A stretch of DNA of 64,000 nucleotides from a virus (Duplodnaviria; Caudoviricetes). Where the stretch lies: IMG/VR virus record IMGVR_UViG_3300032321_001056, positions 14,508 to 78,507 of that record. One strand, given 5' to 3'. The translations under genes and the position numbers were made by a program. The number at the start of each line of letters is the position of its first letter. Within the stretch, counting starts at the first letter, position 1. Positions 1 to 9,332 of this stretch are shown one piece after another. Under the pieces are notes generated by a model. The model was not told the origin of the DNA and did no database searches. It was given only the letters and a program-made list of their open reading frames with translations.

Positions 1-317
1 AAATGTGGATAATTAATTTTTGTTTCATAGACAATGCTTGTAGCATGCATACTGTAATCACCCCATTTAGTTCCCCATTTACTATTGCACCAATCGTACC
101 AGTTATCATGACCATATTTATCAATCAAATCTACATTACTTTCTTTTGAAGGTGATGTAGTTCCTTCTAATTCTTTTGGCATTGGGATTAAAGACTCAAA
201 TAGATTGTATTCATTTTCATCTTTATCATCACCATTGTTTTTTACAAAGGCAATGAATTTTTCTACATCATCAATTGGACCAGTTATTCCTAACTTATTA
301 CTGCAGTGATTTGGCAT
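1..317 (-). CDS. DUF1281/YubB-like ferredoxin-fold protein (runs off window, 3' partial)
   Basis: Hand translation from ATG at 317: MPNHCSNKLGITGP...GHDNWYDWCNSKWGTKWGD. The MPNxCxN start and WYDWxxxxWGTKW motif are typical of this family. Not in the ORF track. Confidence 0.7.
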   Translation of the reverse strand, partial: MPNHCSNKLGITGPIDDVEKFIAFVKNNGDDKDENEYNLFESLIPMPKELEGTTSPSKESNVDLIDKYGHDNWYDWCNSKWGTKWGDYSMHATSIVYETKINYPH

Positions 318-318
318 T

Positions 319-1002
319 TTAAAACTCCATTTCTAGTTGATTCGGATTGTATTTTGATATTTCATTTAATGAAAACGGTGGTCTTTCTAAATTAATTTCA
401 TCGCAGAAGTCAAACCATTTCTGATAATTTTCTGCACTCCAGTATTGCAAATTATAAATTGCTATCATGACATCATTATCCTTAAAGCCTGACCTAACAT
501 CAATATCCATATTCACACTTAGCTCATGATAAACTTCAGAAGCCCAGTCTGGATTATTAATAATATCTACATAGCCAGGACTGATATAATTCCAAAATTC
601 AATACTGTCAATATTGTCATTATCAATCATAATTTCGTATGTTTGCTCATCAGCAACTGGATAGTCATCTAATTTGTCTAACCATTCCATTGCTAAATAG
701 AATGAAGATGCGATAACTTTTTTGTCTGTATCATCTTCATAAACACGACAAACTAATCTATCAACATTACCAACAGCCCAATGTGCATAGTTTTCAATTC
801 TGAAATCTTCAGGGAAAATGCCCATCAATTCTTCAGTAATATACTTAAAGTTTGCTTTTTCTAATGTGTCAGAGTCTCTATTCTGATCAATATTAGTAAA
901 GCCCCAAGTATCAAACATATCTTTGCTACCCCAATAACCGAATTCTTCTGGTTTAGTTGTAGCTTGTTTAGCAAATTTTTCTATGTTTTCAACATATGAC
1001 AT
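319..1002 (-). CDS. hypothetical protein (acidic)
   Basis: 227-aa ORF with an AGGAG-like RBS upstream; tiles with neighbours. Confidence 0.8.
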   Translation of the reverse strand: MSYVENIEKFAKQATTKPEEFGYWGSKDMFDTWGFTNIDQNRDSDTLEKANFKYITEELMGIFPEDFRIENYAHWAVGNVDRLVCRVYEDDTDKKVIASSFYLAMEWLDKLDDYPVADEQTYEIMIDNDNIDSIEFWNYISPGYVDIINNPDWASEVYHELSVNMDIDVRSGFKDNDVMIAIYNLQYWSAENYQKWFDFCDEINLERPPFSLNEISKYNPNQLEMEF

Positions 1003-1028
1003 ATCATCTCCTATTCAGGTATATCAAA

Positions 1029-1058
1029 ATGGGGCTACTGATTTCTCAGTAGCCCCAT
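1029..1058. terminator. intrinsic terminator-like hairpin
   Basis: ATGGGGCTACTGA-TTTC-TCAGTAGCCCCAT: perfect 13-bp stem with T-rich flanks, in an intergenic gap. Confidence 0.75.
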
Positions 1059-1070
1059 ATTTTTTATTAG

Positions 1071-1541
1071 TTATTGTTGTTCTTCGTTATAGCAACTAAT
1101 TAATTCTAAAAATGCATCAGCAAGATCACCTCTTGCATTGCCATAATCAAAGACTGCATTTTCTTGATCATCTTTAAAAGAGATTACGCTTCCAACTTTA
1201 TTATCAGTTGTTGCATTTACTGTAAGCATAACTCTTCTTTTTTCTGGGTGTTGAGATGGTGCTAAATCACTGTATTCATCTTTTTCTTCACTAATTGGTG
1301 CCGCCCAACCACAAGTTACAATTGTAAAGAAATTATAACCTTTCATTTTCCAAATGGTGTTGAATGGGTTTAGCATTTCATAAACATCACCATTCTCAGT
1401 GATTTTATCAAATGTGATTTGATTATCATCATCCAATTTAATTCCAAACATTACTGCCTTACCCATATCATAATCGGTAGGCATTTCTTTTGAAATTGTT
1501 TGTACTACTTGTTCAAACTCTTCTTGAGTTAGTGTTTTCAT
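1071..1541 (-). CDS. hypothetical protein
   Basis: 156-aa ORF, coupled to upstream gene. Confidence 0.8.
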   Translation of the reverse strand: MKTLTQEEFEQVVQTISKEMPTDYDMGKAVMFGIKLDDDNQITFDKITENGDVYEMLNPFNTIWKMKGYNFFTIVTCGWAAPISEEKDEYSDLAPSQHPEKRRVMLTVNATTDNKVGSVISFKDDQENAVFDYGNARGDLADAFLELISCYNEEQQ

Positions 1542-1542
1542 T

Positions 1543-1878
1543 TCAGTTTCCTTTGCTTGCTTTTTCGGATATTTTTTCTTTTGCTATTTCATCCCAATTT
1601 CTTGGAAGATTCCATTCTACTTTTAATGCTAAAGTTTCTTCTTCTTCAACTTCATCATTATAAGTAATAATAACTTCACCATAAGAACCAAAGTCATGCT
1701 GTTGCCAATGTTTCTTAAAACTCATACCTTTATAATTTGCTACTTCTGGATACATTCTTTTAAGCTGATCAATGTAGGCATCCATTTCTTTACTACATTG
1801 TTCACGAAAATTATCATCACCAACTTGAGCACAATCTTCATCTCCTGGTGTTGGTCCTAAATATAAATAATCAATCAT
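1543..1878 (-). CDS. hypothetical protein
   Basis: 111-aa ORF with GAGG upstream. Confidence 0.8.
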   Translation of the reverse strand: MIDYLYLGPTPGDEDCAQVGDDNFREQCSKEMDAYIDQLKRMYPEVANYKGMSFKKHWQQHDFGSYGEVIITYNDEVEEEETLALKVEWNLPRNWDEIAKEKISEKASKGN

Positions 1879-2017
1879 TTTCCTCTACCTCTCCGATTTC
1901 TTCTATTTTCCAATATTCATCAGGCATATCTTTTTGAGTCCAGCCTGTCTTTTCAGTCCAGTAATACTGAGGTTTAGCTATTTGCTTTACCCACTGCAAT
2001 ACTTTTACTTTTCCCAT
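1871..2017 (-). CDS. small hypothetical protein (48 aa)
   Basis: Hand translation MGKVKVLQWVKQIAKPQYYWTEKTGWTQKDMPDEYWKIEEIGEVEEND; fills the gap, with GGAG RBS and short overlaps on both sides. Confidence 0.6.
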   Translation of the reverse strand: MGKVKVLQWVKQIAKPQYYWTEKTGWTQKDMPDEYWKIEEIGEVEEND

Positions 2018-2472
2018 TTCCCCTCCTTATTTTGCTTTTCCAATATAATTTTTCCTTCTGATTTATAAGCAAGCTCTTCTTTGCCAAAATCATAACTCCA
2101 TGCCCAATCACAACATAAATCATCTTCATATCTTGAAGGATGCAAACCATTTAGGTTTTTAGTTTTGCCTGGGAATAGAGCAAACAATTTAGTTGTGCAA
2201 TCATGACAAGAATTGATTTGAACAATATCTGATGCATCTAAGCAATCAAAGAATTCATCATAACCACCCTTTAATTCAAAACTTAAACCACCATCTAATT
2301 GATTGATTACGCTATAAGCAGTCATAAAGTTAGTATCAACTTCAAACTCTTCAGAATCAATCCAGTAATTTGTTTCGTCATCCCAAACTTTACCCCAAAA
2401 TACTGGCTTTATTTTTTCATTACAACCATCACATTTCAGCCAATCTTTTTTACTTAAAATTACTTTGCTCAT
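2005..2472 (-). CDS. hypothetical protein with CxxC pairs
   Basis: 155-aa ORF with CDGC and CHDC. Confidence 0.75.
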   Translation of the reverse strand: MSKVILSKKDWLKCDGCNEKIKPVFWGKVWDDETNYWIDSEEFEVDTNFMTAYSVINQLDGGLSFELKGGYDEFFDCLDASDIVQINSCHDCTTKLFALFPGKTKNLNGLHPSRYEDDLCCDWAWSYDFGKEELAYKSEGKIILEKQNKEGKWEK

Positions 2473-2537
2473 ATTTTATCCTTTACTAAGATAGTGATTA
2501 TTAATAACATCATTGAAAGAAGAAGGATTAAGTCCAT
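2469..2537 (-). CDS. putative 22-aa membrane micropeptide
   Basis: MDLILLLSMMLLIITILVKDKI; its stop overlaps the next start (ATGA) and it fills the gap. Confidence 0.4.
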   Translation of the reverse strand: MDLILLLSMMLLIITILVKDKI

Positions 2538-2545
2538 CGTTCTTA

Positions 2546-2917
2546 TTAAATTTCTTGCCAGATTCTTTGATAGTGCATTGTTTCTTCATCATTCTTTACT
2601 AGCCATAAAGAAATAACTTCTTTTCCAAGTTTACTATCATCACTGCCAATATATGGATATGTCAATTGAATTGCATATTTGTATTTAGATATAAATTTCA
2701 AAGTTGATTGATTTTGATCAACATACTTTGTAATATTATAATCTGTTTCAAGATAATCTTTTACTTTGCCAATAAAGACATATTTGAAATACTTCTTATC
2801 AACTAGACGAGGAGTGAACCCATCATTATCTTTATCGTTCTCAATAAGCCAAAGACGCTCAAGATGAATAAAGATTTCGCCCTCTTCTGAATTTTTAAAT
2901 TCTTTTAAAATGTTCAT
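2546..2917 (-). CDS. hypothetical protein
   Basis: Track ORF 2546..2941; start moved to MNILKEFK (2917) because it is ATGA-coupled to the upstream small ORF. Confidence 0.7.
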   Translation of the reverse strand: MNILKEFKNSEEGEIFIHLERLWLIENDKDNDGFTPRLVDKKYFKYVFIGKVKDYLETDYNITKYVDQNQSTLKFISKYKYAIQLTYPYIGSDDSKLGKEVISLWLVKNDEETMHYQRIWQEI

Positions 2918-3030
2918 TTGAATTTCAACTCCATTTCCCATATTTTCCAGCTTGGATTTTCATCAATATCTAATTCCCAATCATAAATTGCTTCACGCTC
3001 ATAATTACTAATATCTTTGTAGTTTTCCAT
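2914..3030 (-). CDS. small acidic hypothetical protein (38 aa)
   Basis: MENYKDISNYEREAIYDWELDIDENPSWKIWEMELKFK; AGGGG RBS; ATGA overlap. Confidence 0.55.
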   Translation of the reverse strand: MENYKDISNYEREAIYDWELDIDENPSWKIWEMELKFK

Positions 3031-3041
3031 AACTACCCCTT

Positions 3042-3272
3042 TCAATCAATTTGTTCTAATAGGTCTGCTCTTACATTTAATGATTTTAACTCTGTTTTCT
3101 TAACCCAGAAATAATTACTTTTATGTAGTAATGCTGGGGTATATATTTTTCTAAATGCTCTCTCTGAAATATCCAATCCAATTTTTTGACACTTATCAGC
3201 TAAGCAATATTCATAGCCTGCTTCAAATCTTTCTTCAATAAATTCTAATTCACAATAAATGCACTTAGCCAT
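3042..3272 (-). CDS. small Cys-rich (possible zinc-binding) protein
   Basis: CIYC...CLADKC. Confidence 0.7.
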   Translation of the reverse strand: MAKCIYCELEFIEERFEAGYEYCLADKCQKIGLDISERAFRKIYTPALLHKSNYFWVKKTELKSLNVRADLLEQID

Positions 3273-3468
3273 TAATCATTCTTTCTATTTGACTTTGTAA
3301 TTCAAAAACTTTAGTTTGAAGATTATTAATAGTTTTAGTATTTGAGTCAACAATATCCAGAAGAATACTTGTTCGTTCATCAAATTCTTTTGCTATTTCA
3401 ATAATGTTTAAACTTTCAATAGCAACTGTACCATTTTCTTTAGTATCAATCATATTCCACTTTGTCAC
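3265..3468 (-). CDS. hypothetical coiled-coil protein
   Basis: 67-aa ORF with overlapping stop/start. Confidence 0.7.
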   Translation of the reverse strand: MTKWNMIDTKENGTVAIESLNIIEIAKEFDERTSILLDIVDSNTKTINNLQTKVFELQSQIERMING

Positions 3469-3668
3469 TTTGTTTCTTCTTTCACTAGTATTTTACAAAT
3501 TTTTAATGCTTTATCTAGATTACGATTACCTTCATTAAGAATTTCACCGTTACGCATAATCCAACGGTAATCTTTTCTTCTAGAAATAGGAATATTCATT
3601 GAAATAGTTAGATTTTCTAATTCATTCAATAGTTGATTTATTTGGGTTTTGCCTAGTTCATCTTTCAC
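3465..3668 (-). CDS. hypothetical protein
   Basis: 67-aa ORF with overlapping stop/start. Confidence 0.7.
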   Translation of the reverse strand: MKDELGKTQINQLLNELENLTISMNIPISRRKDYRWIMRNGEILNEGNRNLDKALKICKILVKEETK

Positions 3669-4168
3669 TTCATCCTCGCTAATTTCTTTACATTTGAATT
3701 AATACGCTTATCAGTTTCTACTTTTTCAATTTCTGCTTTCTTAACATAAGAAATCAATTGGTCAATGTTTTTCTGATTTGCTTCTTCAATATAACCATCA
3801 ATTAATACATCAATACCCATTGATAAAATATCAATTACTGCTTTTACTTTTTCAATCTTTGATAAACGAATAAACCTACGGTCATCACCAAGGTTATAAT
3901 CTACATTTTGTCTTGCTTTACGAATAGCAGTAATCTTAATCAATGCTTTGAGCATAACAATTTCTTCTGCTGTTTCATAAGTTTCACAAACTAAATCAAA
4001 TGATGTATGAATTATTTCTTTGGCTTGTGGTTTTCTTCGGCTTAAGGTTGTCAAATCGTTAAGATTTACTTTGATAAATCCTTCACGCTCAACCTTAGGC
4101 AATGGAATATGATATGCGTCAATGGTATCAATAAGATTACTGATATCGTTTAGATTAATTTTTGTCAT
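3665..4168 (-). CDS. hypothetical protein
   Basis: 167-aa ORF with ATGA overlap. Confidence 0.75.
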   Translation of the reverse strand: MTKINLNDISNLIDTIDAYHIPLPKVEREGFIKVNLNDLTTLSRRKPQAKEIIHTSFDLVCETYETAEEIVMLKALIKITAIRKARQNVDYNLGDDRRFIRLSKIEKVKAVIDILSMGIDVLIDGYIEEANQKNIDQLISYVKKAEIEKVETDKRINSNVKKLARMK

Positions 4169-4611
4169 GAGTTTTCCTTTTCATTATAGTAGTTGTTATA
4201 ATATTCTTGTGTATATTCTTCTAAATTAACTTTTTTAGTATCTATTAACCAATTAATATAATTTTGTTTGCGTTCAATATCAAGCAATGACACACCATTT
4301 ACTTTTGTGTTTTGGATATCAGTTCCAGCAAATCTATCTTTATTTATCGTAATAACTTTTGAACCAGTTGGAAACAATACTTTATCAAATTCAAATATGA
4401 TATCGTTTGGATTATTTGGATTGTAATCAATATCAAGAACCTTAAAAGGAATATGACGATTATTTTTTAATAAATTAATTGGATCAACATGAACTTCAGT
4501 ACCAGCATCATAAATACCTATCCAATTAATTATATCTCCAATTTCTAAATTAGAAGCTGGGGTAAGATATTTATAATTACCATCTTTTGTAATTTCAGAG
4601 TGGGTTTTCAT
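4165..4611 (-). CDS. hypothetical protein
   Basis: 148-aa ORF. Confidence 0.75.
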   Translation of the reverse strand: MKTHSEITKDGNYKYLTPASNLEIGDIINWIGIYDAGTEVHVDPINLLKNNRHIPFKVLDIDYNPNNPNDIIFEFDKVLFPTGSKVITINKDRFAGTDIQNTKVNGVSLLDIERKQNYINWLIDTKKVNLEEYTQEYYNNYYNEKENS

Positions 4612-4626
4612 TATTTATGCCTTTCG

Positions 4627-4983
4627 TTATTTAATAAGGTTAGCGGGATTGATATAACTTGAACCAACAATTGCCTTAGCGTTATGCTTACGCTTTGGAC
4701 CAAATACTCGTTTAGAATAATCTGAGCCATCAGGATAAACTACTTCTACGCCATTTTTTTTGCAATCAATTAGAAATAACAATTGTAATAATTGATCAAC
4801 ATCAATTTCGTTATCTTTGTCGGTAACGGCAAACATACGGGTATCGTGATTATTAAACTCATACTTAAACTTAACAATAGTCCCATAATTTAGATGACCA
4901 TTTTCTATTTCTAAACCTAATAAACGAGTACGAATATGATTATCGTCAAGATTATCATCAGATTGTAAATTAAGATTTGACAT
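4627..4983 (-). CDS. hypothetical protein
   Basis: 118-aa ORF with AAGGAG RBS. Confidence 0.8.
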   Translation of the reverse strand: MSNLNLQSDDNLDDNHIRTRLLGLEIENGHLNYGTIVKFKYEFNNHDTRMFAVTDKDNEIDVDQLLQLLFLIDCKKNGVEVVYPDGSDYSKRVFGPKRKHNAKAIVGSSYINPANLIK

Positions 4984-5422
4984 AATTATCTCCTTTAGTA
5001 TTTAGTTATTTATTTAGTTAATCAATTAATTATTTATTTCGGGACAGAAAAAAACCATAACATGAGTTTATCAGTTAATTTTATTGAAACTACAGTAAGT
5101 GAAAAAGAATTTAAAAATTCTTTTTTTGGTGAGGAGAAACGACAATTGAATGTGCGTTAAAATGTGATCGCTTTGATAAATAGATTATGAAAGCGTTAGC
5201 TGAACAGATCAAAGCTCGCTTATGATATCTAATCCACGATCATGAGATTAGATTTAATGTGAAAACTACTTTTAAAATCGTTAATAGATTACTAAAGTCA
5301 ATGGTTTAAAATACCATTAAAATTATTAACACCACCCTAATTTTATCATTATACTACGAAATTGAGTATATATTTTTCCTGGGTCTAGTGTTTCTAGAAT
5401 AATTTACATTTTCAAGTGAAAA
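4984..5422. promoter_or_regulatory. AT-rich non-coding region with several inverted repeats and a TATAAT
   Basis: Longest ORF-free gap in the window. Inverted repeats at about 5102-5125, 5170-5177/5208-5215, 5227-5253 and 5300-5318; TAGTATAAT on the minus strand at about 5348-5356. Confidence 0.5.
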
Positions 5423-6262
5423 TTACTTTTTATCTACGAATGAAGCATTTCTTTCCAAAAAGCTCATCATAGTTCCCTCATATCTCATACGACCTAAGTG
5501 AGTCATTTTAATTGCAGGATCAACCCAAACTTTTCCTTCAATATCCTGCCAATATCTACAGAAACCATAGTCTTCAGATAAGAATCTATTAAGATGTGGA
5601 TCAATGTATGAATTGAAGAATGCGTATGTCCAATTTCTTTCTTTATCATTTAGTGAACCAGTATCATCGTTATACTTTAGATGTGGATAGGCTTCAATTA
5701 ATTTTGTAAAGACTTCTCTCTTGATAAGCATAAAGCCAGTTCCAGCATCAAAAATTTCAATAGCGCCATTGCTAACACTAAGCGAGTTATTCTCTTTATC
5801 CTTAACTGCGTTAACAACATATCTCAAACTATTACTCATTAGTTCTTCTGTTGGGATTCCAGCTTTTACATTTTGCTCTACGAGTTCCCAATTAATAGAC
5901 TTAATTGGATAAGCACCAGTCATAATTTCTTTATCATGCCATAACATCTTAATAACATCTTCAGGTTCCCAGGCAATATCAGCATCAATAAACATCATAT
6001 GAGTTAATTCATCTTGTGCCATAAACTTAGCGGACATGCTATTTCTAGCTCTATTAATTAAAGAGTCAGTAATTGTTGCTACAGCAAATCTAATGTTATG
6101 ATCTCTAAAATACATTAGAGTTTTAATAAGACTCATCATTGTCGGTTCGCTAATCAACTGATCATAGCAAGGAATAGCAAAAAGGACATTCCAGCTTCTC
6201 AATTGTTCGTTATTAATTTCTATTGATTGTGTTTCAAAAAGTGCCATGCAAACAGTATACAT
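5423..6262 (-). CDS. glycosyltransferase, GT-A fold (GT2-like)
   Basis: AIPCYD, SLINRARN, MFIDADI (DxD) and FLSEDYGFCRYW motifs. Confidence 0.85.
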   Translation of the reverse strand: MYTVCMALFETQSIEINNEQLRSWNVLFAIPCYDQLISEPTMMSLIKTLMYFRDHNIRFAVATITDSLINRARNSMSAKFMAQDELTHMMFIDADIAWEPEDVIKMLWHDKEIMTGAYPIKSINWELVEQNVKAGIPTEELMSNSLRYVVNAVKDKENNSLSVSNGAIEIFDAGTGFMLIKREVFTKLIEAYPHLKYNDDTGSLNDKERNWTYAFFNSYIDPHLNRFLSEDYGFCRYWQDIEGKVWVDPAIKMTHLGRMRYEGTMMSFLERNASFVDKK

Positions 6263-6299
6263 AAAAAAATGGGCTGAGATTGCTCCCAGCCCATTTTTT
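6263..6299 (-). terminator. intrinsic terminator
   Basis: Minus strand AAAAAATGGGCTG-GGAGCAATCT-CAGCCCATTTTTTT. Confidence 0.75.
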
Positions 6300-6323
6300 A
6301 TTTATTTTCTTTGTAATTTATAA

Positions 6324-6671
6324 TTACTTAGTTTTTACAGCGCTCTTGACATTCTTAATGTCTTTAGCTTTCACCACTGCCTTTACGGGGGCGATTGCGG
6401 TCTCTATTTCTGACATATTTGGAACACGGAAAAACAATGTCTGCTTTGTCTTATCAAAATGAATTTGAACATTGAAATTCAACTTCTTAGCTTGAGCACG
6501 AATTCTCTGTTGCATTGAATTGTACTTCTTACCTGGCTGAATACCTTCAATTGAGTAAGGCTTGCCATTCTCATTTGAGAGAATCAATGTGTCAATAATT
6601 GTCTGCAACTCTGCCGATGTGCGACCAGTTCTAGAAATTACTGGGAAATTCATTGCTTCTTTGATTTGCAT
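6324..6671 (-). CDS. basic hypothetical protein, possibly DNA-binding
   Basis: 115 aa with Lys-rich C-terminus; GGAG RBS; terminator follows. Confidence 0.7.
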   Translation of the reverse strand: MQIKEAMNFPVISRTGRTSAELQTIIDTLILSNENGKPYSIEGIQPGKKYNSMQQRIRAQAKKLNFNVQIHFDKTKQTLFFRVPNMSEIETAIAPVKAVVKAKDIKNVKSAVKTK

Positions 6672-6769
6672 TTTATTCTCCTAATTATGTGTATGTGTAC
6701 TGCCAATTGGCATGTAATAGACATTATCACCAACAAAACGCAAAGATGCAGTTTTCTGCATTTTTTTAA

Positions 6770-6922
6770 TTAAAAATCTTTTTCGTTAATCTTTTGTGCA
6801 GCATTTAACTGAGCTATTAAGATAGCATTTTGAGTAGTTAACTCTGCAATTTTATCTGACAAAATCTTAATGACAAGCTGAACATCAACTTGTGTTTCAT
6901 TTTTCATATATTCTCCAGCCAT
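6770..6922 (-). CDS. small coiled-coil protein (50 aa)
   Basis: Hand translation MAGEYMKNETQVDVQLVIKILSDKIAELTTQNAILIAQLNAAQKINEKDF; GGAG RBS. Confidence 0.6.
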   Translation of the reverse strand: MAGEYMKNETQVDVQLVIKILSDKIAELTTQNAILIAQLNAAQKINEKDF

Positions 6923-8643
6923 TTCTCTCCATCTTGAACTTCAATTTTGGTTTGCGTATATCCTGGGACAAACCCTCCCAAGTCATTATTATACATCCTT
7001 ACAGTACCAAAATCTTCCACATCATCATATTTCTCACTATCTGCATCAAACCCAATTATTTCTATCTCAACTTCTTGTTCTATTGCCATATTTTCAATTG
7101 CGTTAAATACAGAACCAGCCAATGCGTCAGCTAAGTCTTTTGAACCAGCATTAGGGTGATCAATTTTATTGTTAGAGAACAATCTTAACTTTAAAAGCTC
7201 TTCTTCAACTAATATATGATTCCAATAACCTCTAAGTCTTGTATCGTAAATTGATGTCATCAATGTATCATAATCAGTTTTCTTAACTGAGTGAAAGTCT
7301 GCATTAATACCTTGTGATCTTAAACTTTGAATCATTTCAATTGATTGCCAACGGTCAAATGTTACTTTTGCTACATCAAATCTCTTACACAAATCAACTA
7401 TTAATTGCCTTACTGACGCAAAGTTAATTTCTTCTCCTGGCGCTGCTTTCCATGAATGAACTAAGTCAACATTAATAATTGGTAAATGTTCAACACCCAT
7501 TGATGTTGTAATTTCTTTAAAGCCAGCGCAATGAGACATACATAAAGCTGTTCTATCTCTTTTAAATCCAAGGTCAATATGAATATATCTTCTATGACCA
7601 TCTGTATTATTAAACCACTTATGGAATCTACCTTCCTCATCCAATGGGTCATCGGCATACAAAAAAGCTTTTCTAACTTTTTCTTCATCTCTAAAGTATG
7701 CGTCTTCCATTGTTGGAGGTTCACATTCAAATCTTGATGCAGCTTCAATTGGATTTCTAATATATTCTGATTCTAATTGCTCTCTTTTAATTGTAGGATT
7801 AACTTCCCAAGTCGCTGCTTTAATTGACCAAGTTTTTGGTTCCTTTTTTTCTCTAGAATTGAAATATCTTTGCTGAATAAAGTCGCCTTTGTAACGAGGG
7901 AATGATAGAAGAATTACTTTACCTATTTCTGGGAATCTGGACATAACGGATAATTTACTCATGTTATAAATTGCAGATGCAGATCCTTTTGATCTAATCT
8001 CACCTTTTAATTCACTGTCTGTTTTAAAAGCTGAAATTTCATCCAAGATTACTGTTAATACTTCATAACCTTCCCAACCTTCAGATTCCGAGTGACCTGA
8101 GAATAATCTTACTGGGCGAGAAAAGAAAAATATTTCTGATACTCTTGGTTCAAACCCAACATTATTAAAAAAAGGAGATGATAGCAAAAGGTTCTTTAAT
8201 GGTTCAAAGAACACTCTCTGAGCCTGCTGAGCGTTTACAGCAAGGTTTAGCAAGTCAATATAGACACCATGAGCCTTACCGTAATAGCCCAGGGGATCTC
8301 TTAAACAATGCAATAAGTAAACTGTGTAAGCCATAGATATTCTTGCACAATGGTCTTTCCCTGATCCCTTGCCTAACATGCAAATCACTTCATTATCTGT
8401 ATACTTGTTGTAATATTCCAATCCAGCTTCTTCACCATAAAGTTTTTGTAAAGTAGGTAATTTGAAAATCTGTGTGCTATGCTTTACGATCTCAAGCTGA
8501 ATTTCAGATAGAGGCGGTAATCCTAAATAATGTTTGTCTTGAACAAAAGTTTCAATAGAGACAGGTTCTTCCATAAGTTCATCTTGACGGAGTAACCTAT
8601 CAAAATCATTAAACTCAAGATTAATGCCGAGGAAATCAGACAT
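6904..8643 (-). CDS. terL: terminase large subunit
   Basis: Walker A-like LGKGSGKD, Walker B VILDEIS, RNase H-like HIDLGFKRD...FDRWQS...KDLADA. Confidence 0.9.
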   Translation of the reverse strand: MSDFLGINLEFNDFDRLLRQDELMEEPVSIETFVQDKHYLGLPPLSEIQLEIVKHSTQIFKLPTLQKLYGEEAGLEYYNKYTDNEVICMLGKGSGKDHCARISMAYTVYLLHCLRDPLGYYGKAHGVYIDLLNLAVNAQQAQRVFFEPLKNLLLSSPFFNNVGFEPRVSEIFFFSRPVRLFSGHSESEGWEGYEVLTVILDEISAFKTDSELKGEIRSKGSASAIYNMSKLSVMSRFPEIGKVILLSFPRYKGDFIQQRYFNSREKKEPKTWSIKAATWEVNPTIKREQLESEYIRNPIEAASRFECEPPTMEDAYFRDEEKVRKAFLYADDPLDEEGRFHKWFNNTDGHRRYIHIDLGFKRDRTALCMSHCAGFKEITTSMGVEHLPIINVDLVHSWKAAPGEEINFASVRQLIVDLCKRFDVAKVTFDRWQSIEMIQSLRSQGINADFHSVKKTDYDTLMTSIYDTRLRGYWNHILVEEELLKLRLFSNNKIDHPNAGSKDLADALAGSVFNAIENMAIEQEVEIEIIGFDADSEKYDDVEDFGTVRMYNNDLGGFVPGYTQTKIEVQDGEKWLENI

Positions 8644-8654
8644 ATATTAATTCC

Positions 8655-8738
8655 GCTTTTTTACATAAGGCGATTTGAAAAGATCTCAAATTATGAGCTT
8701 TTTTACATATGCGATTTTGAAAAGATCTCAAATTATGA
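8655..8738. repeat. tandem 42-bp direct repeat (2 copies), each with an internal palindrome
   Basis: GCTTTTTTACATAAGGCGATTT-GAAAAGATCTCAAATTATGA (8655-8696) and GCTTTTTTACATA-TGCGATTTTGAAAAGATCTCAAATTATGA (8697-8738). Confidence 0.9.
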
Positions 8739-9332
8739 TTAATTTTCATCATCATCATGTTCAATTACATCCTCAACAATTTTTGTTGCTTTACCGCTCA
8801 TAATTTCAAATGCAATTTCAAGTTCTTTACGGACTTCATTTGCAATATCTGGGTACTTTGAAATAACATCACGCAAAATCTTTGACAGGATCTGATTAAC
8901 ATTCTCTGCTTTTTGCATTCTGGCAATGTATTCACCGTCAGTTTGGTTCCCGCCCATCAGTTTATGTAGCTGAGCTTTCTTTGTTGCCAAATCTCCAGCT
9001 AACTTAATAGCTTGAATTCTGGCTGCGACCATCCCATTGTCTGTTGCAATAGTAATGGTTTCCCAGGCTTCCTTGCTTAATTCATCAAATTCAGTAAGAG
9101 CTTTGATCGTATTAAACTGAACTTTTTCAAGGAAAAATGGATCTTCTTCAATTGTTTGATTTAAAATTAGTTTATATTCTTCAATATATTCTTTTATTTC
9201 ATTTACAGGAATAGACATAAGAGTTGATATCTCTCTCATTGAATAACCCTTTACATGTAAAAGCCCGACTTGTTCAACATCTTTAATTTTTTCAATCAAG
9301 CTTTTTGTTTTAACTATTTCAATATCTGACAT
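8739..9332 (-). CDS. putative terminase small subunit (N-terminal HTH plus helical region)
   Basis: HTH-like GYSMREISTLMSIPVNEIKEYI; immediately upstream of terL. Confidence 0.55.
   Translation of the reverse strand: MSDIEIVKTKSLIEKIKDVEQVGLLHVKGYSMREISTLMSIPVNEIKEYIEEYKLILNQTIEEDPFFLEKVQFNTIKALTEFDELSKEAWETITIATDNGMVAARIQAIKLAGDLATKKAQLHKLMGGNQTDGEYIARMQKAENVNQILSKILRDVISKYPDIANEVRKELEIAFEIMSGKATKIVEDVIEHDDDEN

Noticed and set aside
4984-5422. tRNA or other known RNA gene in the intergenic gaps
   Set aside because: No T-loop (TTCRA) cloverleaf found by eye here or elsewhere; a tRNAscan/Infernal run is needed to exclude it fully.
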